Source of the DNA: Hyphomicrobiales bacterium
Lineage (GTDB): Bacteria > Pseudomonadota > Alphaproteobacteria > MED-G09
DNA length: 64,000 nt
Assembly: GCA_028339975.1 (NCBI GenBank)
Contig: JAOLDG010000002.1
Location: forward strand, 8,302 to 72,301
Direction of reading: 5' to 3'
In this document: one piece after another, positions 1 through 8,852 of the stretch
How positions within the stretch are numbered: position 1 is the stretch's first letter
How the letters are laid out: each line of letters starts with the position of its first letter
Program-made: the position numbers and the translations under genes
The notes under the pieces: model-generated
Told to the model about the DNA's origin: nothing
What the model saw: only the letters and a program-made list of their open reading frames with translations
The model's database searches: none

Positions 1-253
1 ATGGATCTCCAACTTTACTAGTCCCGCCGCCAACAAGAATAATGGGGTTATGACCAAAATTTTGAAGGTGTTTCAAAAGCATTATTTGAATTAAGGATCC
101 AATATGTAGGCTGGGTGCTGTACAATCAAATCCTATATATGCTGAAACACCCTTATTCATAAAAATTTTGTCAAGATTTTCTGAGTCGCTTATTTGATTA
201 AGAAACCCTCTTTCATCGATAAATTTTAAAAATTCTGATTTATATTTATACAT
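1..253 (-). CDS. tyrS: Tyrosyl-tRNA synthetase, N-terminal part (the 3' part lies beyond the window start). Not in the ORF track; reconstructed by hand on the minus strand.
   Basis: Minus-strand translation reads MYKYKSEFLKFIDERGFLNQISDSENLDKIFMNKGVSAYIGFDCTAPSLHIGSLIQIMLLKHLQNFGHNPIILVGGGTSKVGDP. It carries the class I HIGH-like motif (LHIGS) and the TyrRS-typical LVGGGTSKVGDP segment. The ORF runs off the window edge. Confidence 0.75.
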   Translation of the reverse strand, partial: MYKYKSEFLKFIDERGFLNQISDSENLDKIFMNKGVSAYIGFDCTAPSLHIGSLIQIMLLKHLQNFGHNPIILVGGGTSKVGDP

Positions 254-277
254 ATATTTTATTTAATTTAATTTAAT

Positions 278-937
278 TTAATCAATCTCGAAATCTGAGC
301 TAACCAAACGCGTATCGAGATAATTATTTACTTTATTAACTAAAATATCACCTTCTTTTTCAAAAAAATGATTAGCCTTTGGTATACTATTGTATTCAAT
401 TTCTATATTTTTTTGTGCCTGTAGTTTCTCTACTAGTCTCTCTACGTCCTCAGCAGGAACAACTTTATCCTCTTGACCATGAATAATAATACCTGAAGAA
501 GGGCAGGGTGCTAAAAAATTAAAGTCATACATATTCGCAGGAGGTGCAATTGATACAAATCCTTCTATTTCAGGTCTCCTCATGAGAAGTTGCATGGCAA
601 TCCATGCGCCAAAGGAATACCCAGCAACCCAACAGCCCCTTGAATCTGGAACTTGAGATTGGAGCCAATCTAGAGATGCTGCGGCATCTGAAAGCTCCCC
701 AATACCTTGATCAAAGGTTCCCTGACTTTTTCCTACAGATCGAAAGTTAAATCTTAATACTGAAAACCCTCTCTTTAGGAATGTTTGATATAGATTATAA
801 ATAATTGGATTATTCATATTACCGCCAAATTGAGGTAAGGGGTGTAATATTAAAGCAACAGGAGACCTCCTCCCTTCAACTGTATTAATTCTTCCCTCTA
901 GGCGACCATCTGGTCCACTGTATATAATTTCTGGCAT
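278..937 (-). CDS. Alpha/beta-fold hydrolase (esterase/dienelactone-hydrolase-like)
   Basis: 219 aa ORF with a GxSxG nucleophile elbow (GYSFGAW) and an alpha/beta hydrolase-like layout. It lies directly upstream of tyrS on the same strand. Confidence 0.65.
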   Translation of the reverse strand: MPEIIYSGPDGRLEGRINTVEGRRSPVALILHPLPQFGGNMNNPIIYNLYQTFLKRGFSVLRFNFRSVGKSQGTFDQGIGELSDAAASLDWLQSQVPDSRGCWVAGYSFGAWIAMQLLMRRPEIEGFVSIAPPANMYDFNFLAPCPSSGIIIHGQEDKVVPAEDVERLVEKLQAQKNIEIEYNSIPKANHFFEKEGDILVNKVNNYLDTRLVSSDFEID

Positions 938-1110
938 TTTTAAATCCTGACTATAATGGTAGTATTAATAAGCTTGTAAATTAAACATTTTTTTGTATTT
1001 CTTGACAAAATTACTCGGAAAATATATTTAACTCCTAATAACTCTTATTTGTCTTCTATCACATTGATAAGATTGATGCATAAGAATTTAATAAATTTTT
1101 AGGTGCTATT

Positions 1111-1560
1111 ATGAAGTTAACTACAAAAGGAAGGTATGCGGTTTTGGCATTAACTGAGCTTGCATTAATAAAAGATGATTCTCTTGTTAAGATAACTGAA
1201 ATTGCAGTTAGGCAAAATATTTCCTCAACCTATTTAGAGCAGTTACTTCTTTTATTAAAAAATTCTGGCTTAGTTGTCGGTGTAAGGGGCCCCAATGGAG
1301 GTTATAGATTGGCCGCTCCTCCCGAAAATATAATGATTTCTGATATTGTCAATATTGTAGAAGGTCGAATGGAGGCAAAAGGATGTGTCTCCAAAACAGG
1401 ATCTTGTACTGGAGTTTCAGGTCGGTGTATGACACATGATTTATGGGATGAATTAAGTCGACATATTGAATTATTTCTTGGTCAAGTTTCATTAAAGGAT
1501 ATTATTATAGGAAATGTTCTTGGAAGGTCTTCTCCGCCTAAAGCATTGGGAGTTGAATAA
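1111..1560 (+). CDS. iscR: Rrf2-family transcriptional regulator, IscR-like, with a predicted [2Fe-2S] ligand set
   Basis: 149 aa. An N-terminal winged-helix Rrf2 domain is followed by a C-x6-C-x6-C-x2-H cluster (GCVSKTGSCTGVSGRCMTH), analogous to the IscR Cys92/98/104/His107 ligands. It is the first gene of the Fe-S assembly operon. Confidence 0.8.
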   Translation: MKLTTKGRYAVLALTELALIKDDSLVKITEIAVRQNISSTYLEQLLLLLKNSGLVVGVRGPNGGYRLAAPPENIMISDIVNIVEGRMEAKGCVSKTGSCTGVSGRCMTHDLWDELSRHIELFLGQVSLKDIIIGNVLGRSSPPKALGVE

Positions 1561-1563
1561 TTA

Positions 1564-2673
1564 ATGGAAAGCTCCAGAATATATTTTGATTATAACGCAA
1601 CGTCTTTAATAAGACCTGAATCGATAAACTCAGTAAATAAGATTCTCAGTTCTTATGGGAATCCTTCTTCTATTCACAAGGAAGGGCGACTCATGAGGTC
1701 GCTAATCGAAGAATCCAGAGAAAAGGTTTCTAAGTCGTTATCCACCTCTAGTAAAAATATTATTTTTACTAGCGGGGGAACCGAAGCTATTGATATTGCA
1801 TTAAATCAAAGTCCCGGAAGGTTAATAATTAATTCAACAGAACATATTGCTGTCTTCGAATCAGCAAAGAGGCTTAATATCGATATTGATATTCTTGATG
1901 TTGATTCTAATGGTTTAATACGAATGGATTTATTAGAAAATTTATTAAAAAAAGGACCAGCTCTTGTTTCAATTATGTTAGCAAATAATGAGACTGGTGT
2001 TATTCAGCCTATTAAGGAAATTTCAAAAATAGTTAAGTCTTATGATAGTCTTTTATTTTGTGATGCTGTTCAAGCATTTGGAAAAGTTAAGTTATCTTTT
2101 GATGATCTAGGTATCGATTTAATGGCGGTTTCTGCACATAAGATTGGTGGATTTTCAGGCTCAGGCGCTTTAGTTATAAAAAAAGATATGAATTATTTAA
2201 TACCTAGGGTCTCTGGAGGTGGTCAAGAGCTGGGACTTAGAGGTGGAACAGAAAATTTATTAGGAATTATTTCATTTGGTGAGTGTGCTTCGATTTTAAA
2301 TGAAATTGATAATGAAAGCATTAGATTGAAAAAACTAGTAAATTTACTGGAGGACAATTTGTCATCTTTAGGTGCATTTATTTATAGTTATAATGTTGAA
2401 AGATTATCCAACACTTCTCTTTTCTCTTTTTCAGAGCTTAGGGCTGAAACATTACTAATGAAATTAGATTTAGCTGGATTTTCTGTAAGTTCTGGATCTG
2501 CATGTAATTCTGGAAAAGTAAAAGAAAGTCATGTTTTAAAGGCTATGAATGTAGATGAAAATATGCAAGAAGGTGCGATAAGAGTTAGTCTTGGATGGGG
2601 ATCTAATAAAAAAGAAGTTAAGAATTTTATAAGTTTTTTTGAAAATATTTTTAATAAAACAGCCAAGGAGTAA
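1564..2673 (+). CDS. Cysteine desulfurase, group I (NifS/IscS-like), PLP-dependent
   Basis: 369 aa class-V aminotransferase. It carries a PLP-lysine motif (SAHKIGG) and the group-I catalytic loop SSGSACNSG. It lies between the Rrf2 regulator and sufB. Confidence 0.85.
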   Translation: MESSRIYFDYNATSLIRPESINSVNKILSSYGNPSSIHKEGRLMRSLIEESREKVSKSLSTSSKNIIFTSGGTEAIDIALNQSPGRLIINSTEHIAVFESAKRLNIDIDILDVDSNGLIRMDLLENLLKKGPALVSIMLANNETGVIQPIKEISKIVKSYDSLLFCDAVQAFGKVKLSFDDLGIDLMAVSAHKIGGFSGSGALVIKKDMNYLIPRVSGGGQELGLRGGTENLLGIISFGECASILNEIDNESIRLKKLVNLLEDNLSSLGAFIYSYNVERLSNTSLFSFSELRAETLLMKLDLAGFSVSSGSACNSGKVKESHVLKAMNVDENMQEGAIRVSLGWGSNKKEVKNFISFFENIFNKTAKE

Positions 2674-2676
2674 TCT

Positions 2677-4125
2677 GTGTCAGAAAGCCAAGATAAATTA
2701 TCAGAAAAAGATTTTAAGGATCCTTACGAGTTTGGGTTTGAAACTGATATTGAATCAGATTTTGCCCCCAAGGGACTGAATGAAGATACCGTAAGATTTA
2801 TTTCAAATAAAAAAAATGAACCCAAATGGCTCCTTGATTGGAGGTTAGATGCTTACAAGAGGTGGCTAACAATGAGTGAACCAGACTGGTCGAGCGTAAG
2901 ATACCCGCCAATTGATTACCAGGACTCTTATTATTACTCTGCGCCCAAAGATTCAGAAAAACTAGATAGTTTGGATGATGTTGATCCTAAATTATTAGAA
3001 ACCTACAATAAGCTTGGTATACCACTGAAAGAACAAGAATGGCTTGCTGGGGTGGCTGTTGATGCTGTTTTTGATAGTGTTTCAGTAGGAACAACATTTA
3101 AAGAAAGACTAAAAGAAGACGGAGTTATATTTTGTTCTTTTTCAGAGGCTGTAAAAGATTATCCGGAATTAATTAAAAAGTATCTTGGATCTGTAGTTCC
3201 GACAACTGATAATTACTTTTCTACTTTAAATTCTGCTGTTTTTTCAGATGGAAGCTTTGTTTATATTCCTCCGGGTGTCAGGTGCCCAATGGAGTTATCA
3301 ACTTATTTTAGAATTAATGCTGCGGGAACCGGGCAATTTGAAAGAACTTTAGTTATAGCCGACAAAGACTCTTATGTTAGTTATCTTGAGGGATGTACGG
3401 CTCCAATGAGGGATGAACACCAGCTTCATGCTGCTGTTGTTGAGTTAGTTGCTCTAGAAGGTGCAGAAATCAAATACTCAACGGTTCAAAATTGGTACCC
3501 TGGCGATGAGGAGGGTAGAGGCGGTGTTTATAATTTTGTAACTAAACGTGGTGATTGTCGAGGTGACAATTCGAAAATTTCATGGACACAAGTAGAGACT
3601 GGCTCAGCTATTACTTGGAAATATCCAAGTTGTATTTTAAGAGGAAATAATTCTTCTGGAGAGTTTTACTCTATTGCTGTGTCAAATAATTATCAGCAAG
3701 TTGATAGCGGTACTAAAATGATTCATCTGGGGAATAATACCTCTAGTAGGATTATTTCAAAAGGTATCTCAACTGGTAAGTCATCCAATACTTATCGAGG
3801 TTTAGTTTCAATCCACCCTAAGTCAAGAAATAGTCGTAACTTTACTCAATGTGATTCCCTTCTTTTAAATGATAATTGTTCCGCAAATACCATTCCTTAC
3901 ATAGAATCAAAAAACTCTGAATCTATTGTAGAGCATGAAGCTACATCCTCTAAAATCTCTGAAGAGCAGCTATTTTACTGTCAGCAAAGGGGTTTAGATG
4001 AGGAAGAGGCTATTTCTTTAATAGTAAATGGGTTTTGTAAGGATGTATTACAGAAGCTACCAATGGAGTTTGCAGTTGAGGCTCAAAAACTTCTCAGCGT
4101 TAGTTTGGAAGGAAGTGTTGGATAA
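2677..4125 (+). CDS. sufB: Fe-S cluster assembly scaffold protein SufB (GTG start)
   Basis: 482 aa with a typical SufB/SufD beta-helix C-terminal region. It is followed by sufC and sufD. There is no in-frame ATG near the N-terminus, so the GTG at 2677 is used. Confidence 0.9.
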   Translation: MSESQDKLSEKDFKDPYEFGFETDIESDFAPKGLNEDTVRFISNKKNEPKWLLDWRLDAYKRWLTMSEPDWSSVRYPPIDYQDSYYYSAPKDSEKLDSLDDVDPKLLETYNKLGIPLKEQEWLAGVAVDAVFDSVSVGTTFKERLKEDGVIFCSFSEAVKDYPELIKKYLGSVVPTTDNYFSTLNSAVFSDGSFVYIPPGVRCPMELSTYFRINAAGTGQFERTLVIADKDSYVSYLEGCTAPMRDEHQLHAAVVELVALEGAEIKYSTVQNWYPGDEEGRGGVYNFVTKRGDCRGDNSKISWTQVETGSAITWKYPSCILRGNNSSGEFYSIAVSNNYQQVDSGTKMIHLGNNTSSRIISKGISTGKSSNTYRGLVSIHPKSRNSRNFTQCDSLLLNDNCSANTIPYIESKNSESIVEHEATSSKISEEQLFYCQQRGLDEEEAISLIVNGFCKDVLQKLPMEFAVEAQKLLSVSLEGSVG

Positions 4126-4880
4126 TGAATAATTTTCTTAATATTCAAAGTTTATCAGCAAAGGTTGAGGATAAGCTAATTATAAATAATCTTAACCTTA
4201 ATGTTGATAAAGGAGAAGTTCATGCCATTATGGGTCCGAATGGTTCTGGAAAATCAACTTTATCAAATGTATTAGCTGGAAAAGATGGTTATGAGATAAC
4301 TAGTGGCATAATAAATTTTTGTGGAGAGGATTTGATGTCCCTTAAACCCAATGAAAGATCTAATAGGGGTATTTTTTTAGCATTTCAGTACCCTGTTGAA
4401 ATACCGGGCGTTACTAATATTAATTTTATAAAAACAGCCTTAGATAGCAATAGAAAACATCGTGGTTTAGATCCATTAAAACCCGGAGACTTTTTAAAAC
4501 TTATAAAAGAGAAATCAAAAATTTTAGGAATTCCAGAGGATAGATTAAAAAGACAATTAAATGTAGGTTTTTCAGGAGGAGAAAAGAAACGAAATGAAGC
4601 TCTTCAGCTTTTGATGTTAGATCCATCTTTGGCTATTCTTGATGAAACTGATTCTGGTCTTGATGTTGATGCATTCAAGATTGTTGCAGATTCAATAAAT
4701 TCTAGACGTAATAATGATAGTAGCATGTTAATTATAACTCATTATCAAAGACTCCTTGAAAGAATAGAGCCAGATTTTGTCCATGTTTTTATTAATGGTT
4801 CAATTATTGAATCTGGAGGACCTGAGCTAGCTAGTGAGATTGAATCTAATGGATATGAGAGATTCACTGATGTTAAGTAA
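4125..4880 (+). CDS. sufC: Fe-S cluster assembly ATPase SufC
   Basis: 251 aa ABC ATPase with a Walker A motif (GPNGSGKST), an ABC signature (FSGGEKKR) and Walker B (LAILDETDSGLD). Its ATG overlaps the sufB stop. Confidence 0.92.
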   Translation: MNNFLNIQSLSAKVEDKLIINNLNLNVDKGEVHAIMGPNGSGKSTLSNVLAGKDGYEITSGIINFCGEDLMSLKPNERSNRGIFLAFQYPVEIPGVTNINFIKTALDSNRKHRGLDPLKPGDFLKLIKEKSKILGIPEDRLKRQLNVGFSGGEKKRNEALQLLMLDPSLAILDETDSGLDVDAFKIVADSINSRRNNDSSMLIITHYQRLLERIEPDFVHVFINGSIIESGGPELASEIESNGYERFTDVK

Positions 4881-6003
4881 TTTAACTTTAGATAATTTTG
4901 ATAAATCTTTTAAAGGATCCAACTCTTTGGTTGAAGAGAGAAAAAATGCATTTTTAAATTTAAAAAAAATAGGAATTCCAAATAAAAGAATAGAAAATTG
5001 GAAATATATGGATCTTGCTAAAATTACTAAAGGTATAGAGTTTAAGCCACGAGGAATTAATTTTGAATTATTGAATAAAAATCTTAAAGGAATTGTTGTT
5101 AGGGATTTTGAATATTTTATAGAAAATAAAGATCAATACTCTAAACTAACAAAGTATCTGGATAACGAGGGAGTGGTTTACTTAAACCTCTCATATGCCC
5201 AAGAAGCTAGTGTAATAGAGATTAAGGAGTCACAATCTGAACCCTTGCTTATAAATATTAGTTGTAATGAGGATGGTGTCTCATTTCCTAGAATAAAGAT
5301 TGACGTTTTTCCAAATATAGAAGCCGAGGTTCACCTTTTTTATGATGGTGGAAAGGGCTTTATAAATCAATTAACAGAAATCAATATTCAAAAAAATTCA
5401 AACCTTCGAGTGCAAAGAGTTAATAAATCATCGGCCATACATTCTGAAACTTTTTTAAGTTACCTTGGTTTGAATTCAAATATTTCTTTGGTTAATCTTT
5501 CGATGCCAAAAAATAAATCTAGATTTCAGGTTTATAATATCTTTCTCGATCAACATTCTTGTACAGATTTTAAGTCAGTTTCAATTCCATACGAGGATTG
5601 CCAGGATGACTTTCTTATACAAAATCTTCATATGAGTTCTAATTGTGAGAGTAATGTTGGGCTCAGAGCTATTCTTAATAAAGGAACAGTGTGCTCTTTT
5701 CAGGCACTCGTTGATATTGATTTGAATACTTCATCAAGCAAGGCAATCCAGGATTGTAAGGCAATTTTACTTCATGAGGATGCATCGATGAATGCTAAGC
5801 CTGAGATGAAAATTTTTAACGATGATGTTGTTTGTAAGCATGGAACTACAATTGGATGTCTTGACAAAGAGCAGTTATTTTACCTTCAATCAAGGGGCCT
5901 TAGTCCTGTATCTGCAGAAAAAATTTTATTACAAGGTGTGATAAAAAACTACATATCTGAAGATTCTTCATTAAATAATTTTCTTCCTAAGGTTTATCAG
6001 TGA
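4834..6003 (+). CDS. sufD: Fe-S cluster assembly protein SufD. An alternative start at ATG 4869 would give a 12-nt overlap with sufC.
   Basis: 389 aa with a SufB/SufD-family C-terminal domain. It sits between sufC and sufS. Confidence 0.85.
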   Translation: MRLNLMDMRDSLMLSNLTLDNFDKSFKGSNSLVEERKNAFLNLKKIGIPNKRIENWKYMDLAKITKGIEFKPRGINFELLNKNLKGIVVRDFEYFIENKDQYSKLTKYLDNEGVVYLNLSYAQEASVIEIKESQSEPLLINISCNEDGVSFPRIKIDVFPNIEAEVHLFYDGGKGFINQLTEINIQKNSNLRVQRVNKSSAIHSETFLSYLGLNSNISLVNLSMPKNKSRFQVYNIFLDQHSCTDFKSVSIPYEDCQDDFLIQNLHMSSNCESNVGLRAILNKGTVCSFQALVDIDLNTSSSKAIQDCKAILLHEDASMNAKPEMKIFNDDVVCKHGTTIGCLDKEQLFYLQSRGLSPVSAEKILLQGVIKNYISEDSSLNNFLPKVYQ

Positions 6004-7220
6004 TGTTCGATATTAAAGAAGTTAGAAAAGATTTTCCTATTTTAAGTCGAGAAGTTTATGGGAAACCATTGGTTTATTTGGATAGTGCGGCTAGTTCTCA
6101 AAAACCACGGCATGTAATGGAGAATATTAAAAAGTTTGAAGAAACTGATTATGCGAATGTTCACAGAGGTATACACTTTCTTTCAAATGCTTCAACAGAT
6201 GCTTTTGAGATGGCAAGAAAAAAGGTAAAAATTTTTTTAAATGCCAACAGGGAAGAGGAAATTATCTTTACTCTTGGGGCAACAGACTCAATTAATTTAG
6301 TTGCTAATTCTTTGGGTGAAAATTTCTTCAAAAAAGACGATGAAATCATTCTTACGGTAATGGAGCATCATTCAAATATTGTTCCTTGGCACTTTCTTAG
6401 AGAAAAGGTAGGTGTTAAAATTAAATGGGTTGATTGTGACGATCAGGGTAATATTTCCTTAGACGATATAAAAAATATAGTAACAGAAAGAACTAAGCTA
6501 ATTTCAATAACCGAAATGTCAAATGTACTGGGATCTAAAACACCATTAAAGGAAATTATTAATTTTTCTCATGAAAGAGAAATTTTAGTTCTAGTAGATG
6601 GGTGCCAAGGTGCGGCTCACAATATTATTGATGTTCAAGAATTAGATTGCGATTTTTATGTGTTCTCAGGTCATAAAATATACGGGCCTACTGGCGTAGG
6701 TGTTTTATATGGAAAGTTTGATATTTTAGATAATATGCCTCCTTGGCGGGGTGGCGGTGAAATGATTAGAGAGGTAAAAAAAGATTCTATTACTTATGCA
6801 GATCTTCCTAGTCGTTTTGAGGCCGGGACACCTAATATTACCCAAGCAATAGGTCTAGGATTTGCTATTGATTATTTTACCTCAAAAATAAATGATGGTT
6901 TATTTTCTTATGAAAAAGAAATTGCACAATATTTTCATAATGAAGTTCAGGGGATAAAAAAAATTAAAGTTTATGGTGAAAAAAATATATCTAGCCCTCT
7001 GATATCTTTTACTGTAGATGGAACTCATCCGCATGATATTGCAACTCTTATTGATAGAGAGGGTGTTGCAATAAGGGCTGGCCATCATTGTTGTCAGCCG
7101 TTGTTAAAATTTTTAAATGTAAATTCAACTGCAAGAGCATCAATTGGTATGTATACAGATAAAAATGATATTGATATTTTTATTAAAGCTTTAGATAAGG
7201 CAATTACTTTTTTTGACTAA
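6000..7220 (+). CDS. sufS: Cysteine desulfurase SufS (group II)
   Basis: 406 aa with a group-II catalytic-Cys motif (RAGHHCCQPL) and a PLP-binding region. Its start overlaps the sufD stop by 4 nt (ATGA). Confidence 0.9.
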   Translation: MMFDIKEVRKDFPILSREVYGKPLVYLDSAASSQKPRHVMENIKKFEETDYANVHRGIHFLSNASTDAFEMARKKVKIFLNANREEEIIFTLGATDSINLVANSLGENFFKKDDEIILTVMEHHSNIVPWHFLREKVGVKIKWVDCDDQGNISLDDIKNIVTERTKLISITEMSNVLGSKTPLKEIINFSHEREILVLVDGCQGAAHNIIDVQELDCDFYVFSGHKIYGPTGVGVLYGKFDILDNMPPWRGGGEMIREVKKDSITYADLPSRFEAGTPNITQAIGLGFAIDYFTSKINDGLFSYEKEIAQYFHNEVQGIKKIKVYGEKNISSPLISFTVDGTHPHDIATLIDREGVAIRAGHHCCQPLLKFLNVNSTARASIGMYTDKNDIDIFIKALDKAITFFD

Positions 7221-7247
7221 AGTGCATCAAGGTACTAAAAGTATTAT

Positions 7248-7604
7248 ATGGATAATTTAAATATAAATAATGATCAGACAGATAATAAATCTAATAAGGT
7301 ATTGTTAGAAAGAGATCACTTAGTTAAAGCTCTTAAAACAGTTTATGATCCTGAAATTCCTGTTGATATTTATGAATTAGGTCTAATTTATGATGTCGAC
7401 TTGAAGGAAAATGGAAATGTAGATGTAAAAATGACATTAACCGCTCCCGGCTGCCCTGTTGCTGGCGAGATGCCGAAATGGGTTGAAACAGCATTATTGG
7501 CTGTGGAGGGTGTTGAAAAAGTTGTTGTAGATATGGTATTTGATCCACCATGGGATATGAGTTTAATGTCTGAAGAGGCTAGATTAACTCTAAATATGTA
7601 TTAA
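7248..7604 (+). CDS. sufT: DUF59/MIP18-family Fe-S assembly protein (SufT-like)
   Basis: 118 aa with the DUF59 signature (VYDPEIPVDIYELGLIY) and a conserved Cys (TAPGCPVAG). Confidence 0.8.
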   Translation: MDNLNINNDQTDNKSNKVLLERDHLVKALKTVYDPEIPVDIYELGLIYDVDLKENGNVDVKMTLTAPGCPVAGEMPKWVETALLAVEGVEKVVVDMVFDPPWDMSLMSEEARLTLNMY

Positions 7605-7605
7605 T

Positions 7606-8004
7606 ATGAAAAATATAACAAAAAATAACCTACTAAGCCTAACTCCAAGCGCCATTGAACGTTTGCGGGATATAAATAAAAGCTCATCAAACGATAATGT
7701 TGCTGTTAAATTAGGTGTAAAAAATGGTGGTTGTGCTGGAATGGCCTACACTATGGATTATATTAATGAAGTTAGTCAAAACGATGAGGTTATTAAGATC
7801 GACGATATAACCCTTGTCATTGATCCTAAGGCAATATTATTTTTACTTGGAACCGAAATGGATTATGAGGAGTCAACTTTGAATTCTGGCTTTATTTTTA
7901 ATAATCCCAATCAAACTGATGCATGTGGATGTGGAGAGTCAGTAACTCTCGTTGAAGCTGAAATTCCTGTTGATTTAGCCGACAGGCTCTCTACTTCCCG
8001 GTAA
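7606..8004 (+). CDS. iscA: A-type Fe-S carrier protein (IscA/SufA/HesB family)
   Basis: 132 aa with a C-terminal CGCGESV motif. It carries the three conserved Cys of A-type carriers. Confidence 0.85.
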   Translation: MKNITKNNLLSLTPSAIERLRDINKSSSNDNVAVKLGVKNGGCAGMAYTMDYINEVSQNDEVIKIDDITLVIDPKAILFLLGTEMDYEESTLNSGFIFNNPNQTDACGCGESVTLVEAEIPVDLADRLSTSR

Positions 8005-8797
8005 AATTTGCATCTCGCTTTTCTAAAAAAGCTCCCACACCTTCTTTAAAGTCGTCAGATTGACCTGCAACAAATTGAAGCTCTCTCTCTAGATTAATTT
8101 GTTCTTCATAAGAATTATCAAAGCTATCCCAAAAAGCTTTTCTTATTAAACCCAGAGACATCGGCCCATGTGATAATTCTTTTGCTAATTTAAGGGTTTC
8201 ATCATGAAGTTCATTGTCTTCATAGAGTCTATTAATTAAACCCCACTCAAATGCCTTTTCTGCACTTAATCTCTCGCCAAGAATAGCTAATTCTTTAGCT
8301 CGAGCCATTCCCACTAATCTAGGTAGAAGCCAAGTCGAACCTCCGTCAGGGACAAGACCTATCCTTCTAAATGCTTGTAAGAAAAAAGCTGATTTTCCTG
8401 CAAGAATTAAATCACCCATTAGGGCCAGGGACATTCCAACGCCTGCAGCTGGACCATTAACAGACGTTATTAAGGGTATTTTCAAGTTTTTTATTCTTCT
8501 TAAGATAGGGTGGTAGCCAGTTTCTAATCTGTGTCCAGCATCTTGCCTACCTGTATTACCTCGGTCTGATCCTCCGGATAAATTTGCTCCAGCACAAAAA
8601 CCTCTACCTTCTCCAGTTATAACTAGACACTTAATATTTGAATTAATATCCTCAATTTCATTTAAACAAGACCAAATACCATCAAGCATTTCATTAGATA
8701 CTGCATTCATTGCATCTGGATCATTAAATCTCATTACACCAGTGGTATCTATTGTTTCTAAGGTTACTTTGTTAAATTCCTGCATTTTGATCTCCAA
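7991..8797 (-). CDS. Enoyl-CoA hydratase/isomerase (crotonase family)
   Basis: 268 aa with the crotonase oxyanion-hole motif (ITGEGRGFCAGANL). It is convergent with the suf operon. Confidence 0.8.
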   Translation of the reverse strand: MEIKMQEFNKVTLETIDTTGVMRFNDPDAMNAVSNEMLDGIWSCLNEIEDINSNIKCLVITGEGRGFCAGANLSGGSDRGNTGRQDAGHRLETGYHPILRRIKNLKIPLITSVNGPAAGVGMSLALMGDLILAGKSAFFLQAFRRIGLVPDGGSTWLLPRLVGMARAKELAILGERLSAEKAFEWGLINRLYEDNELHDETLKLAKELSHGPMSLGLIRKAFWDSFDNSYEEQINLERELQFVAGQSDDFKEGVGAFLEKRDANFTGK

Positions 8798-8852
8798 ATA
8801 ATATAAGTTTCAGATATAATGATTTATATTTCATAAAATACAAATATAAAAT

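Noticed and set aside
6161-7088. Two small minus-strand ORFs (62 aa each) inside sufS
   Set aside because: They lie antisense to a strongly conserved coding region in an AT-rich genome and have low-complexity translations. They are treated as noise. The same applies to the other short antisense ORFs in the track, for example 9946..10200, 10429..10680, 11537..11800, 21178..21576, 23363..23767, 24062..24415, 28295..28785, 31340..31684, 54235..54636 and 59978..60283.
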